Assembly (NCBI GenBank): GCA_002189035.1
Contig: NEEC01000008.1
Location: 2,232,001-2,296,000 of the forward strand
Source of the DNA: Utricularia gibba
Lineage: Eukaryota; Plantae; Magnoliophyta
DNA: 64,000 bases
Direction: 5' to 3'
Shown: piece by piece, positions 14,101 through 25,405 of the stretch
Layout: every line of letters begins with the position of its first letter
Position numbering within the stretch: position 1 is the stretch's first letter
Made by a program: the position numbers and the translations under genes
The notes under the pieces: generated by a model
Databases searched by the model: none
Told to the model about the DNA's origin: nothing
The model's input: the letters and a program-made list of their open reading frames with translations, nothing else

Positions 14101-16821
14101 ATCGGTTTCCAGTACTAATGATTTTTTTTCATGCAATCACCATATTAAGTTGAAGATATGCCTGTCAATAACGTGATTCATATTCTAGGTTCACAAGATT
14201 TTTTCAATAATATCTGGCCGTAGTCTAGTACCAGATGCTGGTACCTTCAGGAGACTGGTGCACCTCTGTGTTAGGATGAAAGATGTAAGTGTTTCATCAG
14301 GAACGTGGTTTGTATGAAATGAGGTTCACTTCTTTTCCTATGTGCAGTTTGAAGGAGCATATCAAATGATCAAGGAAATGAAGGATATGAATTTGACCCC
14401 AACAGCTGTCGTGTTTAACAGTATACTGGGTGGTTATTTCCGTGAGGTGTTTTAATTTGTTGCCTCAGAATATTTCCTTCCACCATCTGCTGTCATTTAG
14501 TGAAGCTGCATTTAATTCCGAAAATTCTGAAGTCTGCATTCTTGTTTTTATATGACATGCATGATAGAGCATGTCCTGCAAGCGTTCAAATTAAACCATT
14601 TTCAAGTCTTAGAAGATGTTGGCGTTGAAATTTTACAGTTAATGGCTCGTAACTAGGAATTATGATATTGCATGTAATTATGAACAGAGTAATGACAGAT
14701 GCATCTTCTATAGGTCTATAGCATGATGATACTAAGTCACTTTGAGTTAATGAAAGTCATCATCATTCAACTGGTTACTCTTATGGATTTTCTTTGTTAT
14801 CATTCCATATTGTCTTGTAACTAGTAATCCATGCGGCCCTCATTTTTCCTTGCTCTCACCAAAATGCTTTGAAAATATACAGCATACTTTGATTACCTTG
14901 ATTGTATAGATTCCTTTCCTTGGTTTGCAGAAAAATAGAATAGGTGCAATGAGAGTTCTTAAAATAATGGAAGATGCTGGTGTTGAACCTGACTCGCTCA
15001 CTTATAGTTATCTTATCAGCAACAGCAGTAGCGAAAAGGATATAATTAAGGTTCTATTCTAACTGTTATTTTTTATTAGTAATTCATGTTGGCCGCAAGC
15101 CGTCTAAATAATCATGTCTTTCTTATTTCTGAACATGCGTGGTTGTTTTTTGGTTATTTAGCATGCTGCAGCTTTGTAAAATCTGGAAGCCTATTCTACA
15201 AAGAGCTCTGTTTCAGTATTTTTCTTTTAATTATGTATATATTGATTGTGGTATGGTGATGTTTTTCTTGCAGTTTTATGATCGTCTTATTAATGCAAAC
15301 GTCCAGCCAACCAAGCAGGTTTTTATGGCCTTGATAAATGCGTTTGCATCATGTGGGCAAATTGAAAAGGCTAAGGAAGTATGTTTACTTCTATCCTTTT
15401 GAATATCCACAGCACAGAAGTTCTTATCATGCTTGGTTGGCATTGAGACACATTTTAGGATTTGAGGCCACCCAAAGGCTGAGGAAGCACATCTTTCTTG
15501 TGCATGGCATTAACATTGTTCGTATCTGTAAACAGGTGATAACACATAATAGAATATTGGGCCAGGACTTGAATGACATAAAAAATGTGCTCGTACAAGC
15601 TCTTGCCTCTAACGGTCAGTTTTCCACCGCTCTTGAAATGTATGAAGCAATGAAGGATGCCAAATGCCATGTTGATTCTAAAACCATCAAGTGCCTCATC
15701 GTAAGTATCATGGCATTCCAAATCCCATGTTGATTCAACATTAGTTGTTGAAGAAAGCATGATAGCTTGACGTGTTGTATTTTGTTTGATTTCTGTCAGG
15801 AGCATCTTGAATCTGAAGATATGATTGACAAGTCAATTCAATTACTTGAGGATATGAATGATTCTCTACATTGGACTGTTGCCTTCTTCCACATCATGTC
15901 ATGTTGCTTTCAATTCGAAAACTTGAGGTCGGTAACATATTGATCATAATAATTTATGTTAGTGACAATTTTGAATAGTACATTTTTTCAGACGTGCTGC
16001 TGAGTTGCTCAGTCGGTTGAAAGATAAATTCAATGATAACGAAGATGCTTTATCCATAATGTTTGATGAGGTACGTCCATGCTTATAACCTTTCAACTGA
16101 ATGTTTTGGAAATAATGTTGCCCGTGTTTCAGCTATTTGTTATTCACGAATATCTTGCTGATGCCCAACATGACAAGGGGATGTTGAAAAAATAAAGTAT
16201 ATGAAATGAAAATAGTTGTCCCCCTCTAAATTCTTAATCTTCAAAAGCATTTGAGTTTTATATTCCATTCAATGTTATGTTTTCTGCACTTTATTGAAGC
16301 GTTCAAAACATCATGTTTTTGGCTTTTGTGTGGAACAGGTTTTTTGCATATTCGCAGAGAAAGAGCCAATACACATGCGTTTTGGCCTCAGCTTGCTTAA
16401 AATTGCCAAGGAAGAAGTTGGTATTGAACCCACTAGAAAAAGTCTAGATTTTCTGCTTTGTGGCTGCGTTAGTGCAAAGGATTCAGCATCTGCATTTTTT
16501 ATTTGGAAAGAGTATGAGGCAGCAGGGTTTCCTCACAATGTTTTGAGTTATATGAGGTAACCTTTACTTGTTCTTGTTTGTACTTTATGTGTGTTTCACA
16601 GTCTAACTTATTTTAGTGAAGCAATGCAAGAAGCGTTGGCGGCAACAAATTCTGATCTTTGGTAACCTATGGATGTCTTTTGCAGAATGTACCAAGCTCT
16701 ATGCGCGTCTGGAGATGTTGGATCTGCTATTAAGATATATAACCACATACCAAAAGGTGATCCTGATGTTCGCTGCTTCCTCAAAGCATGCAGAGATATC
16801 TATCCAGTTCCAATGAAGTAA
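11171..16821 (+). CDS. Intron-rich P-type pentatricopeptide repeat protein, probably organellar (about 16 exons)
   Basis: Basic Ala/Ser-rich N-terminus MPIAAAAKVMRSAARAAVRSF; PPR-like exons (FEGAYQMIKEMKDMNLTPTAVVFNSILGGYFRE, MEDAGVEPDSLTYSYLI, VQPTKQVFMALINAFASCGQIEKAKE); most exons checked join in frame at GT-AG sites; TAA at 16819-16821. Confidence 0.85.
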
Positions 16822-18013
16822 AGGGAAGAAGCAAGTGTTGGTTGCAGCGCTGACATCCGAGTCTATCAGGCAAGAAAAAGCCAATACCCCATCCTGCAGA
16901 ACTCTCACATTGAAAATCTTCTGGTTGGCAATCTATTTCCATCAGCATGAAGTCCTACTTCCCCTTTGCCTCTGCGTGCCTGAGGTCCCCATCCCTTTCA
17001 GTTCGGGCTTCTCCAGGTGAGCTTGCATTCTCCTTTTGATGGCCCCTTTCACTCTCTGCAAAATCCTTTCTGATTTTCTTCTCATGTGTGTAACAGAGCA
17101 TGATTTTATTCTCACAGAAATGTTTCTATGCCTTTCAGTGAAAGCTCTGAATGCCGATCAGATGTTTGGTATGGGGTAGACCGGTTGATGTTTGTAGAAT
17201 GATGGAAAAGGTGAAAGGAGCAAGTGAAGAGTTTTAAGGTCGCTTTCAGAGTAAACATGTGCATCACACAATTGTGGCGGAGGATGGGGGGCCAATTGTT
17301 CCTTGCCGTATGTCTCTGCTCATCTTTTTCCGGGGTAAGAATTCTGTCCAAACTTCCGGTGGGAAAGAATTGGAATCAGGGTAACGCAGGCAAGGAAAGT
17401 TGTGTCATTTGAAAGACAAAAGCCCCTAAAGAACTACCTATCCTATGACGTAATGGTCATATGGTCCACTTCTTTTGCTGCTGTTGATATTTCAGTCTGT
17501 ATGAATAGTCCCTTCACATTCTGCTGTGATTCGTTCCTGGACATTTGCTCCCTTACAGTAGATCGAATTCAACAAACTCCCTGTTATACTGGCACTCCGG
17601 TTGCTCTTGATTCCATCATAAGTGATAGCTTTGTAATGGGTGGAAATCCAGATCATAGCGTTGGGCATCTTCTTCCTTCCACTGTCCACTGTCCCATCTA
17701 AACTTGCCAATGATCCATATCTGTGCAGGACCCCTACAATGCCGAGCATCACATTCCCTGAGCTTTCCCTGCTATCTGATTCAGTCGTCGTGCAGGTATT
17801 CATTCCGTTCATATTGAAAGGTGTTCGCAGATGCTGTATTCTGTGGAGAGAAGATCAAGAACTCTGTGCCTTGAATTGCTGTTAAGCCATAATAGAGTCA
17901 TCAAACTTGGACAGAACACAGGTTTGCAGTACACACATTGGGAAGAAACAACCATGATGCAGCAACAGTAAGGCACACATTGCATAATACAGTAACTGGA
18001 TTCATCAGCCGAC

Positions 18014-19411
18014 TTAGGCAACCGGTGGGCGAAGAACGTGATCTTGAGAAGTGTCTACGGCTGTGCGTGCCATGAACTGCCACATTGCACCACTGCTGTA
18101 ACTGATAACAGGCATCAGTTTGTTGCAAGCAGCCTGACTTGCAGTGGCATATGCAGCTGGAATGGGAGGAGGTTCTGGCACCAAGTAGGGTTCTGGTACG
18201 CGCATTGATTTTAGCCGCTGCACAAGCTTCTCCTTTTCAGCTATGGACTTATGCTTCTTGTCTCGAAGTTCAGTCTTTTCTTTCTGCAATCATATGCATT
18301 TGTAACAGAGGATCCAGACAATGTAGAACAAATCTGTCACAAGTTTAGAGTACCTTCAGCTCCTTGATCTTCTCCTGTAGATTCGAATTTGAATTTCTAA
18401 GCTTATGAGCTTCGCCCTTTAGTTGGCCTATAATGCGAACCGCATCAACCAAAATAGCAGATTTATCCGCCTTGAGGGGCTGACCAGGTTCCAGAAGCGC
18501 AGCTAAATCCATAAATCTGGTCCACAGAAAGCACCATGCAACTGAGAAAGACATGAACAAAGAGTACTAAACAGCAATGAAATCCTTGCCTGTCATTCAG
18601 TCTGTCTCTTCGTTGTTTCTCCCTGCAAGCTTTGGAGCTTGAAGGAGTACATGCATCGGCTCTAGTTCTGTAAAAAGAAGAAACCAAAAGACCAAAACAT
18701 CATTGAAATCATCTTATAAAGTTCAGAAAAAGCACTTTGTATCACTATCAAGCTTTCTTCCTTACCTCTTCTTTGATTCAGTTTCAATCGTCCTATCCTT
18801 CCTTCCAAATGATCCATTGTATCAGTAGGGAAAAAGAAAACTAAATTAGAACAGAGACACCACACCTGCTGCTTACAAGAACCCAAGAGCAAAAGATACC
18901 AATTTTAAAACGACTTATCAAATGGGAAAACATACTGCAGTTCACCAATCATTCTTAAGCTCCCGAGGAACGAGCACACTAAGAAAAGGCGCTGTAGAGA
19001 GGCGTATGATCATGTCGCTACACAATTCAGTTATCATGGGGTACTTTAGTTGCGCAGGTTTTGGTTTTTTGAAAAAAGAGGTACATATACTCTCGAATTT
19101 CTTGATCTTTAAGCCAAAGCAAACGAACCCAGCTCAAAAAGGCCGAAAGAAACCGAAAAGCAGCATCAAAACGAATCACAAATTACTTCATGCGATATCG
19201 TGGTGAGAACCGCAACAAGGCTCACTCACAGAACTATCACCAGTGACAGTAAATGAGCGAAACAGAGTCGCATAGAGGGAGGGTACCCAACGTTTGATGA
19301 TCCGTTCAAGGCGCGCGGAGGCCACGAAAGCCCATTATTAGGAGCAGCGAAGTTGACCATGTTCTCAATCCCGCAATCGTAAAGCCAATTAGTGTTTTCC
19401 GGAGCAACCAT
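18014..19411 (-). CDS. bHLH transcription factor, subgroup IVc (ILR3/bHLH105-like), divergent; exon 2 degenerate
   Basis: MVAPENTNWLYD start, SKACREKQRRDRLNDR|FMDLAALLEPGQPLKADKSAIL.DAVR basic-HLH region, C-terminal DTSQDHVLRPPVA signature. Confidence 0.88.
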
Positions 19412-19633
19412 CTTGAATCACAAGCAGATAAAAGGCAAACAACCTTTTGTCGAAAAAATCTACCAAAAAAAAACGTGAAGACGAGCCAGAAAAAGGAGCA
19501 AGCTCCTCAAAAAGTGTATTCCACAATCGGGAAAAACAGATCCGAAAACTCGACTCCCGACCGAAAACCACGAAAGAAGAAACCTGGATTGGGGCTGCCA
19601 AAAAAACTTATCCGATCCGCACGGGTCAAAATA

Positions 19634-19731
19634 GGCCCCACAATTCAACGCAGGCGGGCCCCACTCCCCATCCTTCGTCAGCGGCCCAATTCCATGGGCC
19701 TCGTATTCCCAATTCGCTTTGGGCGGCCCAA
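19634..19731. promoter_or_regulatory. TCP/site II element cluster upstream of the bHLH gene
   Basis: Two GGCCCCAC plus GGCCCA/TGGGCC copies within 100 bp, 220-320 bp upstream of the ATG at 19411. Confidence 0.45.
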
Positions 19732-20163
19732 ATCCCCATACTCCAGTTACCCTCAAATTCGAAACACTTTTGAAATAAATTGAATCCATGTATAATTATG
19801 GAATGAAATTTTAATTCAAAAACAATTTTTTTAGATTAAACTGAATTTAAAACCCATACTAAAACTAGGCTTGAAATAATTTAAAATTTAGATTCAAGTG
19901 CTGTGAAGATCCAATTGTGGAGATGGATGTGTTGGTGGGCAAGAACAAGTGCGGGGGGTATGATAAATGATTGGAGGTTAGTGTCACAATGAATACAGCA
20001 GCAACTTCTATGAACAAAACCTGCAGAAAAAAGTGAACTTGAAGCCAACTCAAGCGACGAGAACCCAAGAGAAAGACAACAGAAGCGCCTAGGGGATCCA
20101 GAACTAACAGAGAGGGGAGCTTGGGACATTCGAGGAAGGAAAAGAGGAATTCCTTCCAGAGAT

Positions 20164-20754
20164 CTAGTCTTCATCTGCTGAAGGCTTAGAGGAACCTGTT
20201 TTCTTTGGAAGCAACAGGTTGTGGATGTTGGGCATCACCCCACCGTTGGCAATTGTGACATCGCCTAGAAGCTTGCTGAGTTCCTCGTCGTTCCTCACCG
20301 CCAATTGGATGTGTCTAGGGACGATTCTCGTCTTTTTGTTGTCTCTTGCGGCGTTTCCGGCCAATTCAAGGACCTGTGCAGGGCAAGGGGCATTCAAGAT
20401 GAAAAATGTTTCTCGAGGTAATTCAATGTACAGGAAAAAAAATAGAAAGAGGGAATCCATAGACTTCGGATGGGAACAAGGAAGAAAAAGGGGGAAACTC
20501 TCAAACCCTAGATTCGGAACAGTGATTAACCAGTGCCTAACTCTGCGCTAAAATTGAAAAATTACCTCAGCGGCGAGGTACTCGAGAACAGCTGCAAGAT
20601 AAACCGGCGCGCCGGCGCCGACTCTCTCGGCGTACTTTCCGGCCTTGAGAAAACGTGCAATACGACCGACCGGAAACTGGAGCCCCGCCTTGCTGCTCCG
20701 CGACTGGGCCTTCTTCGAGGCTCCGGAACCAAGAGACTTTCCACGGCCAGCCAT
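20164..20754 (-). CDS. HTA: Histone H2A (canonical), 2 exons
   Basis: [63 protein letters not shown]|[36 protein letters not shown]...; intron 20565-20374. Confidence 0.98.
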
Positions 20755-21368
20755 GAGCAAAACACCCAAAAATGTAGTAGCCTTCGAAGAGGAATTTCCT
20801 TCTCGAGGGATCACACAAGGAACGAAAACAACCCGAGACTGTGGGACGAGCGACCATCGAAAGGGTTCTATATATACAAGGAATTGTCGCACCCCCATAC
20901 CAATCAAACTAAACCACAAGGATCGTCATCCACGGCCGTTGATAACAAGAGAGATGAACGGTGCGATACGAATCTTCAGCGAACCACGGATTCACGCCCA
21001 ACTAGTAAATGACATCTATACCCCTAACTAGAAAGATACCGTACATACCGACTACCCGCGCAACCAACCTACACACCTCACGGCAAGGGCGAACGCCGGT
21101 GGCCCTGCGGAGCCGAGTTGTTTACCGGCGGCGCCGGCGACCTTCGCCTTCCGTATTCGGCGAACTAGTTCGGTGGCACATCAAAGTTAGGAAGAAATCC
21201 AGGCTGTCCGTTCATCGTTTCGACCCACCCAAATATAGCCTGTTCTTCCTGATCCAAGACCTGAGATCCTAAAACTTGGCATGATGACACCCATCTTCCC
21301 AAGATCCCATTTTCAAGGAAATAACCCTCAGCATATATACAAAAAGAAGAAGAACAACGATCAGAGAA

Positions 21369-21904
21369 ATGGCAGCCGCAAGAGCAACACCAAAAGCATT
21401 TCGCATTCGGGATGCCTGGATCTGCAGAGGATTCGTCTCCACCACAAGACCATCCACAAAAGTAAGCTCAAACCCCTCTGTGTCCTTCGAATTATCCTTA
21501 GACAAATGCATGGGTGTCAATATCCCCCTCTAGTATCAGAACCCATGTCTGTGATCAGGAGAGGATCGACAGGGAAGCATGCGAGAAGGTGATCGAAGCC
21601 GCGGAAGCAGTGAAGGGAGGAACGAAGGAAGTCGTCAACGAAGTGAAGCGGGTGGGCGATGCCGTCACGGAGCGGGTGGCCGATACCGCAGGAAATGTAA
21701 GCAAGCTCTGCATCATTGCTTCTGATCGCACTTCAAAAAGACTAATCTCTGGGTGATTAGATGGTGGTCGACGTTGCGAAGAAAGGGTTGGAGACGGCAG
21801 CGGAAAACGCAGAGGACAAAAGCAAGAGGGATTTTTTGGACACTGCAAAAGCTGTTGTCCAAGCCTATGAAGATCGTACGGATAAAAATAAAATAAATAA
21901 TTAG
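21369..21904 (+). CDS. Small LEA-like helical protein with a presequence-like N-terminus, 3 exons (first intron ambiguous)
   Basis: TATA-like CATATATAC near 21332; MAAARATPKAFRIRDAWICRGFVSTTRPSTK; Ala/Glu/Lys-rich EAAEAVKGGTKEVVNEVKRVGDAVTERVADTAGN|MVVDVAKKGLETAAENAEDK; second intron 21697-21760. Confidence 0.55.
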
Positions 21905-22158
21905 TTTATTCTTTTAAATATGATTGTCAAAGCCCCAGTTTAATTAATTTATTTGTATTTATAAATGAAAATGTATGTTTTGGATGTTTCGGGTATTTTA
22001 TTAATTAAATAATATAAAATTATTCTATAAATCAAACACATTTTGTTAATGTTTGAATAATAATATTTTTTGTTGCATTTTAAATATTTTGCTTCGTAAT
22101 GGGCTTCGGCGTCCTGGAGAATCTTGAATATCATCGGCCAGAGTTAGCCGGGGGGACG

Positions 22159-23526
22159 ATGGCGGCGGGATTGGCCGGCGGGAGAGCGCTGGTAGTATCG
22201 CAACCCGTGACATTCGTGACGGGAAACGCCAAGAAGCTGGAAGAAGTCGTCTCGATTCTAGGGAATTCGATTCCATTTCGCTCACTGAAACTCGACTGTA
22301 TGATGCTTACTCGTGATCCTAGTGTTTGTGAGTTATTTCATCCGGATTTCTCTGTTTGGTGTTCATTTTTTGGTTTTCTTGTCTGTTTACGACCAGTGCC
22401 TGAGTTACAAGGAGAGCCTGAGGAAATTTCGAGGGAGAAGGCTAAATTGGCTGCGAAAGAAGTAAAATTTAGAATCGACAAAAGTTATTTGGTGTTCATT
22501 TTTTGGTTCTTATCTGTATAAGTATCGCTGTCGTCTGAAATGAAGGTAAATGGACCTGTGCTGGTGGAGGACACTTGTCTATGCTTCAATGCTCTCAAGG
22601 GTCTCCCTGGTAGTGTTTATGCTCTACTCCTATACCTTTTCTATAGTTTTTTTGGTATTGTACGATGGTTAATTTGGGTCGGTTATCCTGCAGGTCCGTA
22701 CATGTAAGTTTGATGCTTGATCCCAGCGAGGTGAAATTAAGCACCTGAACGAAACAAAAATTTTTTTGAAAAAATTGTGAGAAGTTTTTTTGTTGTTGAT
22801 GCGAGTTTTCCCAATTATTGTTTGCGGCTATTTTCCTGGTAAATTTCTATAGTGAAAACTGAAAACTATCCCATTTCTCTTGCTTTGCGCAAATGGTTTA
22901 CATGTGCAGCAAATGGTTTCTGCAGAAGATTGGACATGAAGGTATTGCAGCTCTCTTTATGTTTCTTCCAAGTAGGATGGCATTATCTGTTGGCTACAAG
23001 ATCATGCCTTTCTAAACTGACCCTTGGTTTTTTGTCATAGGACTTAACAATTTATTGGTGCCGTATGAAGATAAGTCAGCCTATGCGCTTTGTGTATTCT
23101 CTCTTGCTCTTGGGCCAGATGTGGAGCCCGTTACATTTTCTGGGGAAACAATGGTATGCGCATGTACCGTGTGCATGCCTTTATGCTTCGCAAGAATCAC
23201 AGCATGTCATTATCCTTATATCAAATGTATCTCATATTTCAGGGTAAAATTGTTCCTGCTAGGGGACCGAATGATTTTGGATGGGATCCTGTATTTCAAC
23301 CTGATGGATTTGACTTGACGTATGCTCTTCTGTACATTTTGTGTTAACTCTCTATGAACAATATAAAACAGCTAAACATCCCACTGGCTAACTATGCTAT
23401 GCTTGTTGCAGGTATGCTCAAATGTCAAAAGAAGAGAAGAACAAGATTTCTCATCGTTACAGGGCTCTTGCTAAGGTGAAATCTTACTTAGCTGGTGCTG
23501 AATTCTCTTTTCAGACCCAACCTTGA
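22159..23526 (+). CDS. ITPA: Inosine triphosphate pyrophosphatase (HAM1 family), 8 exons including a 10-nt microexon
   Basis: [46 protein letters not shown]|PYI|[25 protein letters not shown]; all junctions in frame. Confidence 0.96.
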
Positions 23527-25405
23527 AGATCAGATTCAGCTTGTTGGTTTCTAAATAAACGAGTAGAGATGTTGAAATGTGAATGGTGGAATTTTCTGGG
23601 ATGTTCCTTATTGCGATATATGTGTGCCATTTCAAGCCATTGATTTTCATGCATTTATGGTAATCAATAGAAACCACGAGCCTGCCTTTACATAAACTCA
23701 CCTGCTCAACTCTGTAGCGAGATACATCTAGAGAGCAAAGGCTGAGGCCTGTATAATGTTCTAGCGTTGAGCATGAACAAGCGGTACTGACATGTTTATG
23801 CTGTCTGCATTAGCCCTGTGTACTTTTTTTCACTCCCGATGAAAGATCTAAACATGGGTCGTGGGCTTGTCTCGTTGACACAAGTTGTCTCTTGCAAGAA
23901 ACGAGGTGAGATTCCCCAGGATATTACGATAGCGTGTTATCTACATACGTTAGCAACAACACTGTTAGACTTTTTTCCACTGACATGATTTGATTATATA
24001 ACTGATATTCTCCACACAGGCTATTGGTTGTCATCCAACTTCTCTTTCCTGTTTTTTTTTTTTTTTGTGAGGTATATAATTGAATTCTGAATACTTTCCC
24101 TTTTTCATCCACACCCTTCAGTTCCTTCCTATCTGATTCATCGTTATACTGTAAAGGCCTCTGTTAGGTAATAACTCCAACACCCTTTAAATTTACATCC
24201 ATGTGGCTTTTGACTTTGTTCATTTCCGTATTTATTCTCTCTTTAGACATCATCCATTTTCCTTTTTCTTACATTAGAAAAGGATTTGCATGATAATGAT
24301 CAGGTTGTTGAAGCAGACGTTAGCTTAGAGGTTGCTCGCGATTGACATGTGCTTTTATTTGTACCACCAGTCGTTATAAAAGACCATTCATGAGCCAACA
24401 TGACAAAGTTGGGTAGCAGTTCGACGTCAATCACGGAGTTGTGTCCGGGGAATGGTATTATTTCGAATCACATGGAGCACTAAAGACGAGAATAGCGACA
24501 GCAACATTTGGTGGTCGTTACCTAACATGACCATGAGCTATTATTTTTTTTTAGTTTTGTTGAAAACAGGAACTTGGTCCCAGAATCAAGTGTACACTTA
24601 CAGAAACAAATGAATGAGGTGTACGCGTCACATGGCTATGCTAGGCTGTGGTATGATTCATATTTCTGGTGCATGCGGAGAATTTCTGCAATCAGTGATT
24701 GGTCTCATTCCTTTCCTGTGCTAAGTTTTTGTCATATTTTATGTATGAGTACCTTCGCAAGCCTGTAGCTTTAATATAGCAAAAAAAGGTCATTGTCTGA
24801 TGACACCCGTGTGCTGTGATTTGATGGTTTTTGTGATCTCCATACGTGTACTCTTCTTGACATGGTTGGAAATGCATATTGTCCTTCTGATGGAAGCTGA
24901 GGGTTATCCTTCAGATTGAAAAATTCATTCCATGGCAGCATTTCTTTACAAAGAACTCAGTGATGCATCCCTTGTAATGGGAGTTGGATCACTTCTTCCG
25001 GTTATATGTATGACGATAGGATGAGGGAGTTTTCATTGGAATGGCAAATCGTAAAAGGAGAAGTGTCTCTCAGCTGGGTATAAATTTAGGCGGTAACAAT
25101 ACTTGGGGGTTTTATTCTGTGAGTACAGAATGTAAAGAAACATGGCATAAAACAGAATGAATTCACTCTTGTGAAGATCAATGGGAACGAACATTTTGTT
25201 GGAATCTGAATGAATGGTTGAAGAAACACAGCTGTTGAGAAGGGAATCTTGGACAACACTGCTGCATTTGCTACCCGAGACAGGAGATTTACAATTTCAG
25301 CTGAAGGAAGCCAGAGGTTGCATAGAGAGGGATTCTTAAGGAGCGTAATGTGTGTAATTCCTTGATGTAGGTAAAAGATAAACTACATGTATCGGGCCAA
25401 GATGG

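Noticed and set aside
17100-17900. Short ORFs between the PPR and bHLH 3' ends
   Set aside because: No recognisable motifs or consistent exon chain; probably UTR or intergenic sequence.
21085-21150. Imperfect GC-rich hairpin in the H2A/LEA-like divergent promoter
   Set aside because: Arms are only 7-8 bp with bulges; plausible by chance at this GC content, and no miRNA or Helitron end signature.
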